Translations under genes and position numbers: made by a program
The notes under the pieces: generated by a model
What the model was told of the DNA's origin: nothing
The model's database searches: none
Seen by the model: the letters and a program-made list of their open reading frames with translations, nothing else
IMG/VR virus record: IMGVR_UViG_3300048892_000198
Coordinates: 46,729-110,728 of that record
Strand: one strand, 5' to 3'
Source of the DNA: a virus
Length of the DNA stretch: 64,000 nt
Shown here: in pieces, positions 48,481 to 59,180 of the stretch
Position numbering within the stretch: the stretch's first letter is position 1
Layout: the number at the start of each line of letters is the position of its first letter

Positions 48481-48534
48481 CCCGCCCCAGGGTGCTTCGG
48501 GAGTGAGTCCGGGGGGATTCTTGCTCGGGCTCAG

Positions 48535-48571
48535 CCCAAAAACTTGAGCCGCGCCCGAAAGGCGGGGTAGG
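48535..48571 (+). repeat. 37-bp promoter duplicate, copy B
   Basis: Contains TTGAGC-N18-TAGGCT. Confidence 0.85.
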
Positions 48572-48678
48572 CTCGACCCACTAGGTCGGTTTGGGTCCGC
48601 GTTCGAGCGCGGGGACAGACGGGACGACAGAGCGTTGGCGCAGATGCGCGCCCTTTCCTCTGGAGCTCCCCCTTGGCC

Positions 48679-51600
48679 ATGGACACAAGCAGCGTTGCCA
48701 GCCGAAATATCGGAGCGGTGGCCACCCTCCTCGGTGGAGTCAACTCCCTCGAAAATGTCGGCACGCAGACGCTCGACGACGGCTGCTTCGCCTACGTGCA
48801 GTCCGAGCTCATCCACTACGAGCTCCACAAGGAGTCGACCGCACCGAGTAACCCACCCTTCGTGATCGTGCCGATTTGCGGCGTCGGTCGCTGGGTGCCG
48901 GCGACGGGCGGCGGCGGATCGCAGGGCTTCCAGGGTGCGCAGGGTCGCCAGGGCGCCCAAGGATCGCAAGGCGCGGGCGCGCAAGGCGCAACGGGTACGC
49001 AGGGCAGTCAAGGACCCCAAGGTAACCAGGGCGCGCAGGGTTTCCAGGGCGGCGGCTTTCAGGGCGCGCAGGGTGGCACCGGCGCTCAAGGTCCGAGCGG
49101 CGGCGCGCAGGGCGCCCAGGGCGCGACGGGCCAGCAGGGCTTTCAGGGATCGAGCGGCGGCGCGCAGGGTGCCCAAGGCACGACGGGCCAGCAGGGCGCC
49201 CAAGGAGCGCAGGGCAATCAGGGCAGCGGCGCTCAAGGCGCCCAAGGCGCGCAGGGCTCCGGCACGCAGGGCAATCAAGGTGCTCAAGGCGCGCAGGGCC
49301 ATGCCGGCGCGACCGGCACCGGCACGCAGGGCGCGCAGGGATCGAGCGGCCCGCAGGGCGCTCAAGGCGGCGACGGCGCGGGCGGCGCGCAGGGATCTCA
49401 GGGCCGACAAGGCGCGGCGGGCATTCAAGGACCGGTGGGTGCTCAAGGCTTCCAGGGAGGCGGCTTTCAGGGCGCTCAAGGCGCTCAGGGCCAAACGGGT
49501 CCGGGCGGCGGCGCGCAGGGCGCTCAAGGCGCTTCTGGCACGCAGGGTTTTCAGGGCGCACAGGGCTTCCAGGGTGGCGGCTTCCAGGGCGCGCAAGGTG
49601 GCACGGGCGCTCAAGGCCCGAGCGGCGGCGCTCAAGGCGCCCAAGGCGCGCAGGGGCGCCAGGGCAACCAAGGCGCGCAGGGATCTCAAGGCGCAGGCGC
49701 TCAAGGCGCCCAAGGCGGCGCGGGAGCGCAGGGCGCCCAAGGCTCGGGCGCGCAGGGAGCACAAGGCGCTTCGGGCACGCAAGGCAACCAAGGTGCGCAG
49801 GGCTTCCAGGGTGGCGGCGCGCAAGGCGCCCAGGGTCAGGCCGGCGCCCAAGGCAATCAGGGCGCCCAAGGATCGGGCGCTCAAGGCGCCCAAGGATCGG
49901 GCGGCGCCCAAGGCGCCCAGGGCACGCAAGGCGCTGGCTTTCAAGGCGCGCAGGGTGCTCAAGGCGCGCTCGGCGTCACCGGCGCGCAGGGCTTCCAGGG
50001 ATCGCAGGGCTTCCAGGGCGGAGGCTTTCAGGGAGCTCAAGGAAATACTGGCGCGCAAGGTCCGGGCGGCGGAGCGCAGGGCGCTCAAGGCGCGACGGGC
50101 GTGCAGGGCTTCCAAGGCGCTCAAGGCTTCCAAGGCGGAGGTTTTCAGGGCGCTCAAGGATCGACCGGCGCGCAGGGCCCCGGCGGGGGAGCTCAAGGAG
50201 CGCAGGGCGCGCAGGGATCGGGCGGCCAGCTCAACCCGGCCAACATCGCAGCGCTTCAAGCCATCAACGCCACTTCGCTCCCGTCGGGCACGATCGCCGA
50301 CACGGGCGTCGTCGGCGATCTCTACCGCCTGAACAAATCCCCCAATGCGGGTGAACTCGCCGCGGTCGACGCGACCAACATCGTCGCCGTCACCACTCCC
50401 GCCGGAAGCATCTTCGAGCGCACGGGCCTGGTCAACCGATCGTTTTGGTTTGTGGCCGCATGGTTTATCGACGCCGCAGCCGGCAACGATGCCAACGACG
50501 GCCTCTCGAGCGGCACAGCGCTCAAAACGACCGAGGAGCTCAGCCGTCGCCTCTGCCCCGGAGGCCAGCAGCTCGTCGTGCAGCAAAACACGACCGTCAC
50601 GCTCGCTGCGGGCACGTACGGTGCACTCGAGCTCAACCTGATCGCGCCTGTCGGCGCGAGCGTATCCTTCACGGTCAATGGCGCGTTTACGAGCAGCGCC
50701 CCCATCACGCTCGCCACCGTCGTCGATACGGTGGCGCTCGCCTCCGCTCCCGTGCGCGGTCGCATCACGACGGCGAGTGGGACCTTCGTCGACAAGAAGC
50801 GCATTCGGGCGACGAGCGGTCCGTCTGCCGGCGCGATCACCTTCTGCACCGGTCTCAACTCAGCCACGGACGCATGGGTGAAGACGTGGTTCCTGGAGTC
50901 GTCGCTCAGTCAGGTCAACATCGCGCCTGGCACGACGGTGGTGGTCGATACGCTCGGCGTCACGGTTTCTCGGCTTCTCGTGGAGACCGGTCGAGGGACG
51001 GTGAGCGGATCGGGTTTGAGCTTCGTCGTCTCGAATGTGATCTTGCCGACCGGCTGCAAGATCAATAACCCGCTCAATGGCAGCCAGGCCTGGGACTTCT
51101 CGCAATGCGAGATTGGCGATGGGGTCACCGCCGCTAAGGTGAGCGGGAATATTCAGTTTCGAAACAGCAGGTTTGTGAGCAGCCCCTCGGCCTTCTTGCT
51201 GGCGCTCTTTCCGCCACTTCAGCCAGTGATCTGGGGCTGTGTGTTCGAGGGAGCCTGCCAGCTTTTCTCAACGGCGCTGTTTTTCAAGGCCAATTGCTCG
51301 AATGGAGCACGGTTTTCCATCGGAACGCCGCTCTCGGTCTCCCCCGGAGTCGGCGCTGTCGAGTCAGCCCAGGTAGCGTGGGATGACAATGTCGAGTGGG
51401 TCAATGGCGTCGCCGATACCGCGATCTCCGTCGGAGTGGGCAGCACGATCGGGATCTATGCGCAGATGTTCGGGTTTGGCACGCCGTACTCGGTGGGCAT
51501 CCAGCTCGAGAGCGGCGCTTCGGCCTTCACGAGCAATCCGGCACTCCTCGGGATTCTAGCGACCCAGCAGCTGTCGCTCACGGGCCACAACCTCAACTAC

Positions 51601-53760
51601 GTCGACATCCCGAATCTCACCTTCTTCCCGCGCGCCGCGTGCGTGTTTGGGATCAATCCCGATCCGGGAGCGACGAGCGGGTCGCAGGGATTCCAGGGCG
51701 CGACCGGTCAGCAGGGCGCGCAGGGATTCCAAGGATCGGGCGGCGGAGCGCAGGGCGCACAAGGCGCAACTGGAATAACCGGCGCGCAAGGCTTCCAGGG
51801 TCAAAATGGCGGCGGCGCCCAAGGATCTCAGGGTCGTCAAGGCGCAACCGGCGCGCAGGGTGCGATCGGGCAACAAGGTTTTCAGGGCGGCGGATTCCAG
51901 GGCGCGCAGGGAGCGCAAGGCTTCCAAGGCGGCGGCTTCCAGGGCGCACAGGGTAACCAGGGCGCGACTGGCGTGCAGGGCTTCCAAGGCGCGCAAGGCG
52001 GCGGCTTTCAGGGCGCGCAGGGCGGGACCGGCGCGCAGGGCGCGACGGGCACGCAGGGCAACCAAGGCGCACAGGGTTTTCAAGGCGGCGGCGCACAGGG
52101 CGCACAAGGAGGCACGGGCGTTCAAGGGGCGCAAGGCGCGCAGGGCACGCAAGGCGCGGGCTTCCAAGGCGCAACGGGCACGCAGGGTTTCCAGGGTGCT
52201 CAAGGCTTCCAGGGCGGCGGCTTTCAGGGCGCGCAGGGCAATCAAGGCGCCGTCGGTCCGGGTGGCGGCGCGCAGGGCGCCCAAGGCGCCACGGGATCTG
52301 CGGGCGCGCAGGGCTTCCAAGGCTTCAATGGTGGCGGCCCGCAGGGATCTCAGGGTCGTCAAGGCGCGACCGGCGCGCAGGGCGCCATCGGCCCGCAGGG
52401 CTTTCAGGGATCGGGCTTTCAGGGCGCGCAAGGTCGCCAGGGTTTCCAAGGCGCGCAGGGCTTCCAAGGCTTCCAAGGCTTCCAAGGCGCGTCCGTCATC
52501 CCGGCACTCACGCAGGTCTTCTACGTGGACGCGGGCCATGTCGGCACGGCGGATGGCTCGATCGCGCGCCCCTACGCATCGCTCACCGCAGCGCTCGCGG
52601 CCGTGCCGCTCAATGTGCCGACGACGTTCTTGGTGGCGCCGGCCACGTACGCGCCGGTCGTCAACATCGCCGCCTCCGCCAACATCACCATCGTGGGCCT
52701 CGGGCCGCCCACGGGGCAATCGATCATCTTCGGCGCAGGGATCAACGTCGCGTTTACGGGCAGCGCCAAGACGCTCACCCTTCAAAACGTCTTCATCACG
52801 GGCTCTCTGACCGAGACCTCGGTGGGCGATCCGGGATCGATCTTCGTGTTGATCGATGTGCATGTCGCCGGCGCCGCAATCACCGGCACGGGCAGCACCC
52901 GCCTACACATGAGCTCCGCGCTTTCGGACGCCGACTCGAGCGGCATGACGGTCGACGGCGACATCCAGACGGTGTCGCAGATCTTTGCAAGCGATGCCCT
53001 GCTCACCGGTTTTACGGGGCCGACCGTCAATACTCAGGACCGAGCCAACCGCTTCACCAATTGCACGTTCAATGCGGCGACGATCGGTGGGCCATCGGTC
53101 TTCGAAAATTGTCAGTTCCCGGTCGGGATCAGCGCCGCCTTTGGCGGAGGCACCGCGAGCTACCTCTCGGATTGTTCCATCGACGACAACATGTCATCGA
53201 CGGGCCACAACCTCTTCCTGAATGATTGCCGCATCGGAGCGAACGCGCCGCTCGCCACGATCGCGATCTCTTGGATCGGGATCCTGAGCTGCACCGGCAC
53301 CCTTTTCGGCCCGATGTCGACGGGGCACATCGCGGTCACCGCTCCATCGACGACGCTGGATCTCGACAGCGTGAGCGAGCGCAGCCTCTTCTCGGCGACC
53401 GGAGGCAAAGCCACCCTCTCCTCGAACTCCTTCGGCGTGCACGCGCTCGATCAAGGCGAAGCGGACGCGGTGCAGATCGCCGATGCCGCTGCGACCTACA
53501 CGGTCGCGTCGGGGAGGCTGTTCTTGCCGTCGACCAAGCTCACGGCCGACCGCACGATTCAGCTCGATTTGTCCAACGCAGCGGCGCTCGACATCTTGCC
53601 GCTCGATGTCTACGGCACGGGTGGCCACACGCTCACGGTGCAGTTTGCGTCCGTGACCGTGAAGACCATCCTCACGACCCACGTGCCCGCCCGCTACTTC
53701 TTCCAAGCATCTGAAGACAATGCCGTCGTGGTCTACGTCGGCGCGGAGAACTTCCAATGA
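48679..53760 (+). CDS. giant collagen-like fibre protein 3 with two collagen tracts and two beta-helix-like domains
   Basis: Shared N-domain; [14 protein letters not shown] and FYVDAG...[11 protein letters not shown] leader motifs. Confidence 0.85.
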   Translation: MDTSSVASRNIGAVATLLGGVNSLENVGTQTLDDGCFAYVQSELIHYELHKESTAPSNPPFVIVPICGVGRWVPATGGGGSQGFQGAQGRQGAQGSQGAGAQGATGTQGSQGPQGNQGAQGFQGGGFQGAQGGTGAQGPSGGAQGAQGATGQQGFQGSSGGAQGAQGTTGQQGAQGAQGNQGSGAQGAQGAQGSGTQGNQGAQGAQGHAGATGTGTQGAQGSSGPQGAQGGDGAGGAQGSQGRQGAAGIQGPVGAQGFQGGGFQGAQGAQGQTGPGGGAQGAQGASGTQGFQGAQGFQGGGFQGAQGGTGAQGPSGGAQGAQGAQGRQGNQGAQGSQGAGAQGAQGGAGAQGAQGSGAQGAQGASGTQGNQGAQGFQGGGAQGAQGQAGAQGNQGAQGSGAQGAQGSGGAQGAQGTQGAGFQGAQGAQGALGVTGAQGFQGSQGFQGGGFQGAQGNTGAQGPGGGAQGAQGATGVQGFQGAQGFQGGGFQGAQGSTGAQGPGGGAQGAQGAQGSGGQLNPANIAALQAINATSLPSGTIADTGVVGDLYRLNKSPNAGELAAVDATNIVAVTTPAGSIFERTGLVNRSFWFVAAWFIDAAAGNDANDGLSSGTALKTTEELSRRLCPGGQQLVVQQNTTVTLAAGTYGALELNLIAPVGASVSFTVNGAFTSSAPITLATVVDTVALASAPVRGRITTASGTFVDKKRIRATSGPSAGAITFCTGLNSATDAWVKTWFLESSLSQVNIAPGTTVVVDTLGVTVSRLLVETGRGTVSGSGLSFVVSNVILPTGCKINNPLNGSQAWDFSQCEIGDGVTAAKVSGNIQFRNSRFVSSPSAFLLALFPPLQPVIWGCVFEGACQLFSTALFFKANCSNGARFSIGTPLSVSPGVGAVESAQVAWDDNVEWVNGVADTAISVGVGSTIGIYAQMFGFGTPYSVGIQLESGASAFTSNPALLGILATQQLSLTGHNLNYVDIPNLTFFPRAACVFGINPDPGATSGSQGFQGATGQQGAQGFQGSGGGAQGAQGATGITGAQGFQGQNGGGAQGSQGRQGATGAQGAIGQQGFQGGGFQGAQGAQGFQGGGFQGAQGNQGATGVQGFQGAQGGGFQGAQGGTGAQGATGTQGNQGAQGFQGGGAQGAQGGTGVQGAQGAQGTQGAGFQGATGTQGFQGAQGFQGGGFQGAQGNQGAVGPGGGAQGAQGATGSAGAQGFQGFNGGGPQGSQGRQGATGAQGAIGPQGFQGSGFQGAQGRQGFQGAQGFQGFQGFQGASVIPALTQVFYVDAGHVGTADGSIARPYASLTAALAAVPLNVPTTFLVAPATYAPVVNIAASANITIVGLGPPTGQSIIFGAGINVAFTGSAKTLTLQNVFITGSLTETSVGDPGSIFVLIDVHVAGAAITGTGSTRLHMSSALSDADSSGMTVDGDIQTVSQIFASDALLTGFTGPTVNTQDRANRFTNCTFNAATIGGPSVFENCQFPVGISAAFGGGTASYLSDCSIDDNMSSTGHNLFLNDCRIGANAPLATIAISWIGILSCTGTLFGPMSTGHIAVTAPSTTLDLDSVSERSLFSATGGKATLSSNSFGVHALDQGEADAVQIADAAATYTVASGRLFLPSTKLTADRTIQLDLSNAAALDILPLDVYGTGGHTLTVQFASVTVKTILTTHVPARYFFQASEDNAVVVYVGAENFQ
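48917..50220 (+). repeat. Gly-X-Y collagen-coding repeat
   Basis: GAQ/GFQ/GSQ triplets. Confidence 0.95.
51679..52490 (+). repeat. Gly-X-Y collagen-coding repeat
   Basis: GFQ/GAQ/GAT triplets. Confidence 0.95.
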
Positions 53761-54152
53761 GCGGTTTGCGCGCTGGTCCCTGGTTACTGCCGATCCCCCG
53801 CCTAGCCGCGGTGCACACGACGGGGCTCAGCGGAGCCATCGGTCCGATCGCTCCGGTCACGACTCCGACAGGACTCTATCGAGTGTCGATGAGCATCGCC
53901 ATCACCGCCACGGGCGGTGGAGCTGCGGGTCAACTCATCATGTCGGTGACGGGCGACGGCGAGGGCGGCTCGATCCAGACGCAATCGCTTGCGGCGGTCA
54001 ACGCGGCGACATTGGGAGATCTTGCTCAGGATTCGTTTGTCGTAAACGTTGCTGAATTGGACATTTCTTATAAGGTCACCGCTGTGGGGCTCACGGCAGG
54101 ATCGCTACAATACGCGATCCGAGTCATCATCGAACAGCTGATCACGCCATAA
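53757..54152 (+). CDS. small beta-sandwich protein
   Basis: ATGA-coupled to fibre 3; GLYRV...ISYKVT resembles the C-terminal domain of 47029..48480 (GLYEI...IAFSTT). Confidence 0.7.
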   Translation: MSGLRAGPWLLPIPRLAAVHTTGLSGAIGPIAPVTTPTGLYRVSMSIAITATGGGAAGQLIMSVTGDGEGGSIQTQSLAAVNAATLGDLAQDSFVVNVAELDISYKVTAVGLTAGSLQYAIRVIIEQLITP

Positions 54153-54208
54153 AACCGCTTCCCGGCTCATGTAGTCGGGTCGGGGAGGGGGTAGTTCCCG
54201 GTAAAAAC

Positions 54209-54238
54209 TTGCAGAACTCGCGCATCATCCGGTAGGTT
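54209..54238 (+). promoter_or_regulatory. sigma70-like promoter
   Basis: AAAAAC-TTGCAG-N18-TAGGTT. Confidence 0.55.
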
Positions 54239-54282
54239 TATCGGGCAATGACGCCAAAACGGCCGAGCTCGAGAGCCTGCGC

Positions 54283-54627
54283 ATGACCGACGAGCAATTC
54301 AATCGGATCGTGAGCCTGATCGCCGATACCCGCACCGAATTTCGAGAGGCCCTGGGCGACCTGAAGACCGAGATGCGCGCAGGGTTTGCTGGCGTGAGAA
54401 AAAATCAGATCGTGGCCGAGGCGTTGCTCGGCACCATGGAAAGCGATCTCAGCCACATCCAGGGGCAACTCCGGGCCCACGATCAGGCGCTCGACGGGCT
54501 GACGCAGCTCAGCAAAACCAACTTCGATATGCACGAATCGGTCCTCAAGGCGATCCATGGTGGGGCAGGATCGAGCACAATGGGTCATGGCGAAACTGAA
54601 GAGAGCCGTGGGACCGGCCCCCAGTGA
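54283..54627 (+). CDS. coiled-coil hypothetical protein
   Basis: DLKTEMRAGF heptads. Confidence 0.6.
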   Translation: MTDEQFNRIVSLIADTRTEFREALGDLKTEMRAGFAGVRKNQIVAEALLGTMESDLSHIQGQLRAHDQALDGLTQLSKTNFDMHESVLKAIHGGAGSSTMGHGETEESRGTGPQ

Positions 54628-54985
54628 CCTCGCCGTGCTGCTGGTCGACGACTCCCAGAATTTCCTGAATTCACTCTCGCTGTTTCTGGCAAGAGAGGGC
54701 ATGCGGATCCTCACCGCTCGCTCGGGTTTGCATGCGCTCGAGGTGATGAAAGCAGAGCCGGTCTCGATTGTGGTCGCCGACTATTGGATGCCGGGCATGG
54801 ACGGCGTCACGCTCCTCAACGAGGTCGAGCGCCTCTTTCCGAGAGTGGGTCGGATCCTGCTCACGGGCGCCGCCGACGCAGACATCGTGGTCGACGCCGC
54901 GCGTCACCGCGTGCTCACCAAGGGTATGGACCCAAGCCTCGTCCTGCGCGTGATCCAGCGGGAAGTGAGGAAGAGCTATGGGTGA
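54587..54985 (+). CDS. stand-alone response regulator receiver (CheY-like)
   Basis: VLLVDD; VADYWMPGMDG; ILLTG; LTKG. Confidence 0.9.
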   Translation: MAKLKRAVGPAPSDLAVLLVDDSQNFLNSLSLFLAREGMRILTARSGLHALEVMKAEPVSIVVADYWMPGMDGVTLLNEVERLFPRVGRILLTGAADADIVVDAARHRVLTKGMDPSLVLRVIQREVRKSYG

Positions 54986-55730
54986 CGACGGCAATCGCTC
55001 GAAACCCACGCGCCCTCCAAGCGATAGGCTGCGCGGCGAAGACTCGCCCCCGGGTCAATACCGCCCGCGCCCCCGCATCCAGAGCGAGCCCATCGCCCGC
55101 GTTGCGCTCCGCGCCGCGCCAACCAATCGAGAGCGCCCATCAGAGGAATACCTGCAGGCCTTGAGCCAGACCGAAGGACGGCTCCTCATCGAGATGAGCG
55201 ACATGCGTGAGCAGGAGCGCGCGCGCCAAGCAGAGCTCGAGGCCGAGCTCCGCCGCGAGCTCAAGGAGTTTGTGCAGCGCTCGATCCAGCCGCCTGCTCC
55301 TACGAAACCAACGGAGAAGAAATTCGAGCTGAGTCAGCTGCAGTACGTGGCGGCCTTCGTGGTGGCCCTCACGGGCCTCATCGCGCTCATTCTCAACTCG
55401 CAGAAGCCTTCGGCCGAAGTGCTCAAGCGCTTCGATGCCGTGACTGCGGCTCAAGAAAAAACCGATCAGAAGATCGATCAGCACATCGAGGCAGAATCCA
55501 AGCAGCGATCGCTCGATCGCGAGCAGGACTACAAGTACGCGCTCGACGTGCGCAGCTGGGTGACGGACGTGCTCGAGCGCGCCGCCAGCGTGAAGATCGA
55601 CGATCCGCCCGGCACCCCCAAGCGCGACCAGCTCGGCTTCTACCCGCCGCCTCGTCTCGATCCCCACAAGATCACCGACACCCATATCGTGCAACCGAGG
55701 GACCCGTATCCGGTGCCCCCACCACCCTGA
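54978..55730 (+). CDS. single-pass membrane coiled-coil protein
   Basis: Central TM; Pro-rich ends. Confidence 0.7.
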   Translation: MGDDGNRSKPTRPPSDRLRGEDSPPGQYRPRPRIQSEPIARVALRAAPTNRERPSEEYLQALSQTEGRLLIEMSDMREQERARQAELEAELRRELKEFVQRSIQPPAPTKPTEKKFELSQLQYVAAFVVALTGLIALILNSQKPSAEVLKRFDAVTAAQEKTDQKIDQHIEAESKQRSLDREQDYKYALDVRSWVTDVLERAASVKIDDPPGTPKRDQLGFYPPPRLDPHKITDTHIVQPRDPYPVPPPP

Positions 55731-55740
55731 AAGCCCGCCC

Positions 55741-56193
55741 ATGCTTCAAGAGCTCACCCAGTTATTCCAGAGCCTCACGAATCAAAACTGGTTTGCCACC
55801 GCGGCCCTCACGATCATGCTCGGCATCCAGATCGGAAAATCGACGCCGCTCGGCGGCAGGGTTTACTCGCTCGTGCCCGATGGCTACCGCTTCCTCGTGC
55901 CGACGGTGCTCGCGATGCTGACGGCGTTCGTGCACGGCTTCCAGGTGCACGAGACCTTTCAGGCCTCGGTCTGGGATGCCATCAAGATCGCCCTCGGCGC
56001 CATGGGCGGAGCTGCGGCCCTCAAAGAGTCGCCGCTTCCCTGGGGAGGCGGGGCCGGGGGAAAGCCGCTGCCGGCGCTGTCGCGGGCGCCCACGGCTCCG
56101 GCTCTCGTGCCTGCGCTCCGCAATGCGACGGACGACGAGCAGACCCCGGTCGATCATCGGACCCAGCCGAGCGATCGCCCCGAATCCGACTGA
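55741..56193 (+). CDS. holin-like membrane protein
   Basis: Three hydrophobic helices and a charged C-tail. Confidence 0.5.
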   Translation: MLQELTQLFQSLTNQNWFATAALTIMLGIQIGKSTPLGGRVYSLVPDGYRFLVPTVLAMLTAFVHGFQVHETFQASVWDAIKIALGAMGGAAALKESPLPWGGGAGGKPLPALSRAPTAPALVPALRNATDDEQTPVDHRTQPSDRPESD

Positions 56194-56196
56194 CGC

Positions 56197-56226
56197 TTGC
56201 CTTTCCCGCGCCGCAGGTGGTACTTT
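56197..56226 (+). promoter_or_regulatory. sigma70-like promoter
   Basis: TTGCCT-N18-TACTTT. Confidence 0.45.
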
Positions 56227-56246
56227 TATGTCCAGGTAGCCCATCC

Positions 56247-56657
56247 ATGACCCGACGAGAAGAGTTCGAGGATTTGCCGGATGAAAACTTTGGTGCGCTC
56301 GGGGGCCTCGGCACCGCCGCCTTCGAGAAGGTGACCTCGAAGATCGCTCTCGATGGGCTCCACACCGCCTGCTACTGCGAGTACTGCGGCACCAAGAACG
56401 AAATCCTCTCGAATTGGGAAGAGGTGATGATGGGCGGCATGGGCTATCCCGCCCCCAACTGGTACGTGGATCAGGGACAGCTCTACCCCCGCGTTGGCTG
56501 CGCCAATCCGGGCTGTCGTCGAGAAATCGGGATTCGCTACGCGCCACAAGAGCTCGGACGCTACGTGGACGGCGCCATCGGTCAGGGCTTCTTGCCGCCA
56601 CAACGCGTGCAAGCGTTTAGGGCGCAAGTGCAGCAGGCTGCAGGGGCGCGCCGCTAA
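56247..56657 (+). CDS. Zn-binding hypothetical protein
   Basis: CEYC...CANPGC. Confidence 0.65.
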   Translation: MTRREEFEDLPDENFGALGGLGTAAFEKVTSKIALDGLHTACYCEYCGTKNEILSNWEEVMMGGMGYPAPNWYVDQGQLYPRVGCANPGCRREIGIRYAPQELGRYVDGAIGQGFLPPQRVQAFRAQVQQAAGARR

Positions 56658-56669
56658 CTCGGATCCCGC

Positions 56670-57248
56670 ATGCCCAAGCGAGCCCGAGCGCGCTCGGCTC
56701 CGCCGCCCGCGCCGCCCGTTGAATGCCTGCCGCACGATGACGAGCCGCCGCTCAGCCCGGAAGAGGCCTACGTCGTGCTTGAGCCTTACTTCGAGGTCAT
56801 CAGGCTGGAGTTTCTGGCGCAGGGCTTCAAGAAGTGCAAACGCACTCGGCTCTTCGTTGCGCCCGCCATGCACGACTCCCCCCGGCACTTCGGTGCGTGC
56901 AAAGACGACGGATCAGCCATCCTGCTCGCGCCCGAGCTTGCCGACGTTGCCGACACGGCGATGCTGGCGATCATGACGCACGAATTTGGACACGCGACGG
57001 ATTTTCTCTATCCGGGGGAATTCGTGCTCGATCACGGCGGCCCCGCAGCGCGTCGTCCCAAAGATCAGATCGACGAAAAGCAGTGGAGTAAATGGCTCAA
57101 GGCCTGGCATCGCCGCGACAGCGACGTGGTGGAGCTCACGGCCGATGCCATCGCCGAGCGCGTGATGGGGGTGCCTTACGGCTACCTCGGCCCCTGCTGG
57201 GTCCAGAGTTTTGATGCCGCCCGCGCGCGGCCCATGGGACTTCGGTAA
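56670..57248 (+). CDS. HExxH zinc metallopeptidase-like protein
   Basis: IMTHEFGHATD...ELTADAIA. Confidence 0.65.
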   Translation: MPKRARARSAPPPAPPVECLPHDDEPPLSPEEAYVVLEPYFEVIRLEFLAQGFKKCKRTRLFVAPAMHDSPRHFGACKDDGSAILLAPELADVADTAMLAIMTHEFGHATDFLYPGEFVLDHGGPAARRPKDQIDEKQWSKWLKAWHRRDSDVVELTADAIAERVMGVPYGYLGPCWVQSFDAARARPMGLR

Positions 57249-57254
57249 TCTCGC

Positions 57255-57479
57255 ATGCCTGACGCCGCCGCTCCGCCCCCGAAGACGCTCACGATCGCCG
57301 AAGTGATCGAGGCTCACATCCGCCAAACCCTCCCCCTCTTTGATTGGAACTTCTCGGCCGCTGCCCGCGCGCTCGACATCGATCGCCGCACGCTTTACCG
57401 ATGCGCCAAGCGCTATCAGATCGAGCGCCCGCTCGAGGCGAGCGAAAGCGCCTCGCCGGAAGAGACGGCTTCGGGTTAA
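57255..57479 (+). CDS. stand-alone Fis-family HTH protein
   Basis: HIRQTL...WNFSAAARALDIDRRTLYR. Confidence 0.85.
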   Translation: MPDAAAPPPKTLTIAEVIEAHIRQTLPLFDWNFSAAARALDIDRRTLYRCAKRYQIERPLEASESASPEETASG

Positions 57480-57487
57480 ACTGCGGC

Positions 57488-58198
57488 ATGTCCGCCGCTG
57501 AGAAGCTAGATCCAGAACCCGCTGACGACGGGAGCTCCCTCGTCAAACAATGGACGCCGCTCGTCTACCTGATCGCGAGCCAGTACCTCTCTCAGCTCGG
57601 TCGTTGGTATGAGCTCAGCGATCTGGTGGGCGAAGGACAGATGGTGATCTGGCAGTGCTCGACTCTCTGGGATCCGAGCGCTGGCGCGTCGTTTAAGACG
57701 TATGCGTATCACTCCCTCGTGCATCGCTACGAGTACCTGAAGAAGTCATGGCGCAGTCACAAGCGCCGCGGATCCAAGTACGCCGAAAGTATCGAGGCGG
57801 ATCGCGAGCGCGAGTGGCGGCGCTTGCCCGATCTGCTGGCGCAGGATCCGATGCCCGAGCAAGCCCTGATGAGTGGAGAGGGCTGCTGGTTGGTGCAGCA
57901 AGCGCTCGCGGCGCTCAAGCCCGCCCAGCGCCGAGTGCTCGAGGGGCGATTTGCCGAGGAGCTCTCCCTGAAGCAGGTAGGAGAGACCCTGGGTCTCACC
58001 CGCGAACGCGCTCGCCAGATCGAAAAGATCGCGCTCGGTAAGCTCCGGAAGTCCTTGATCGCGGCCTATCCCGATCTGTCTGGGGCTCCCCCGCCCACGA
58101 GCGGCGTCGGGGCTCGATCGCTGACCGATGAAGAGGCCGCTCATCGCCGACGCTACCGATCCCAGCGAAAAGTTGCCACGGAGCCTCAGGTCACGTAG
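57488..58198 (+). CDS. sigma70-family RNA polymerase sigma factor (regions 2 and 4)
   Basis: DLVGEG...WDPSAGASFKTYAY; LSLKQVGETLGLTRERARQIEKIALGKLR. Confidence 0.85.
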   Translation: MSAAEKLDPEPADDGSSLVKQWTPLVYLIASQYLSQLGRWYELSDLVGEGQMVIWQCSTLWDPSAGASFKTYAYHSLVHRYEYLKKSWRSHKRRGSKYAESIEADREREWRRLPDLLAQDPMPEQALMSGEGCWLVQQALAALKPAQRRVLEGRFAEELSLKQVGETLGLTRERARQIEKIALGKLRKSLIAAYPDLSGAPPPTSGVGARSLTDEEAAHRRRYRSQRKVATEPQVT

Positions 58199-58201
58199 TC
58201 T
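58173..58201 (+). promoter_or_regulatory. sigma70-like promoter, probably leaderless
   Basis: TTGCCA-N17-TAGTCT, 7 nt before ATG 58209. Confidence 0.5.
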
Positions 58202-58208
58202 TTTGTGC

Positions 58209-58835
58209 ATGGCTGACGCCCTCAAGAAGCAGAAACACCCGTATGGCGCGATGTTCTGGGGGGCGGTCGGGCTGGCTGCGACCTTCCGTGCGCTCTACCG
58301 GCCCTGGCGTGTGCTCGTCAAGGACGGCTTTGCGTCGCGCTGCTCGGGGGACGGATCCTGCGATCCGTCGATGACCATCACGAGCTTCCAGGGTCAGACC
58401 GAGGTGTACTCTCCCGTGCGCGGGGTTGTCGTCTCGGCCGCGCCAGGCCGCATCCTGATCGTGCCGAGCGACCAAGCGGTCGTGCTCGAGTACTCGGCCG
58501 ATCCGTCGGTCTTCTTGACGCAGATGGGGACGGGACAGAAGGTCGGAGCAGGGCAGCAGATTGGGCTTGCGGGGCAAGTGACCTTCGCGGTCTGGACGCT
58601 CAGCCGCACCGCGAGCGGTCAGCCGCAGATGGGCTCGGCCATAGAGCCCGCCAGCTGGCTCACGACGCACGGCGCGAAAATCAGTGCGAAGTATCACGTG
58701 CCGAGTCAGCAAGCCTCCTGGTGCTCGACCGGTCGGAAGCTCATCGTCCCGCAAACGATCGCAAGCCAATGCGGCACGGTGCTCCCGGCGCCGAGCGGCT
58801 ACGCGCTCTTGCCGACCTCCGTCACGATGGGGTAA
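58209..58835 (+). CDS. degenerate M23 peptidase-like protein with N-terminal anchor
   Basis: VYSPVRGVV...GQKVGAGQQIG...IEPASWL; HxxxD and HxH ligands absent. Confidence 0.5.
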   Translation: MADALKKQKHPYGAMFWGAVGLAATFRALYRPWRVLVKDGFASRCSGDGSCDPSMTITSFQGQTEVYSPVRGVVVSAAPGRILIVPSDQAVVLEYSADPSVFLTQMGTGQKVGAGQQIGLAGQVTFAVWTLSRTASGQPQMGSAIEPASWLTTHGAKISAKYHVPSQQASWCSTGRKLIVPQTIASQCGTVLPAPSGYALLPTSVTMG

Positions 58836-58841
58836 GCGGCG

Positions 58842-59180
58842 GTGCTTGCACTCGCTACGACTCCGACGCCGCTGCCCGCCATCGATAAAGGCACGGTCGA
58901 GCTCATCGGTTACGGGCTCCTCTTGGGCGGCGCCGTCGTCGTCGGAAAGCTCATGATCGATGGGCTCATCGGCGACATGGACGCGGCCAAGCAGAGGCGA
59001 GAATTCATTGGACCGATCTACGAGGTGCCCGCGCCGCCGCGGGACATCCATGTACAACTCTCCGACGTGGTGAAATTCATGGTGACGTGCGTGAGCGTGT
59101 ACTCGCTCGTGTCGGATTTGCCATCGCTCGTGAGCCAGTGGGGATCGATCGAGGCGCAGGTCGAGAGTCTGGTGAAGTGA
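58842..59180 (+). CDS. membrane protein
   Basis: Two hydrophobic segments. Confidence 0.55.
   Translation: MLALATTPTPLPAIDKGTVELIGYGLLLGGAVVVGKLMIDGLIGDMDAAKQRREFIGPIYEVPAPPRDIHVQLSDVVKFMVTCVSVYSLVSDLPSLVSQWGSIEAQVESLVK

Noticed and set aside
48187-52863. Long antisense and alternate-frame ORFs over fibre 3
   Set aside because: Same artefact of GC-rich Gly-X-Gln codons.
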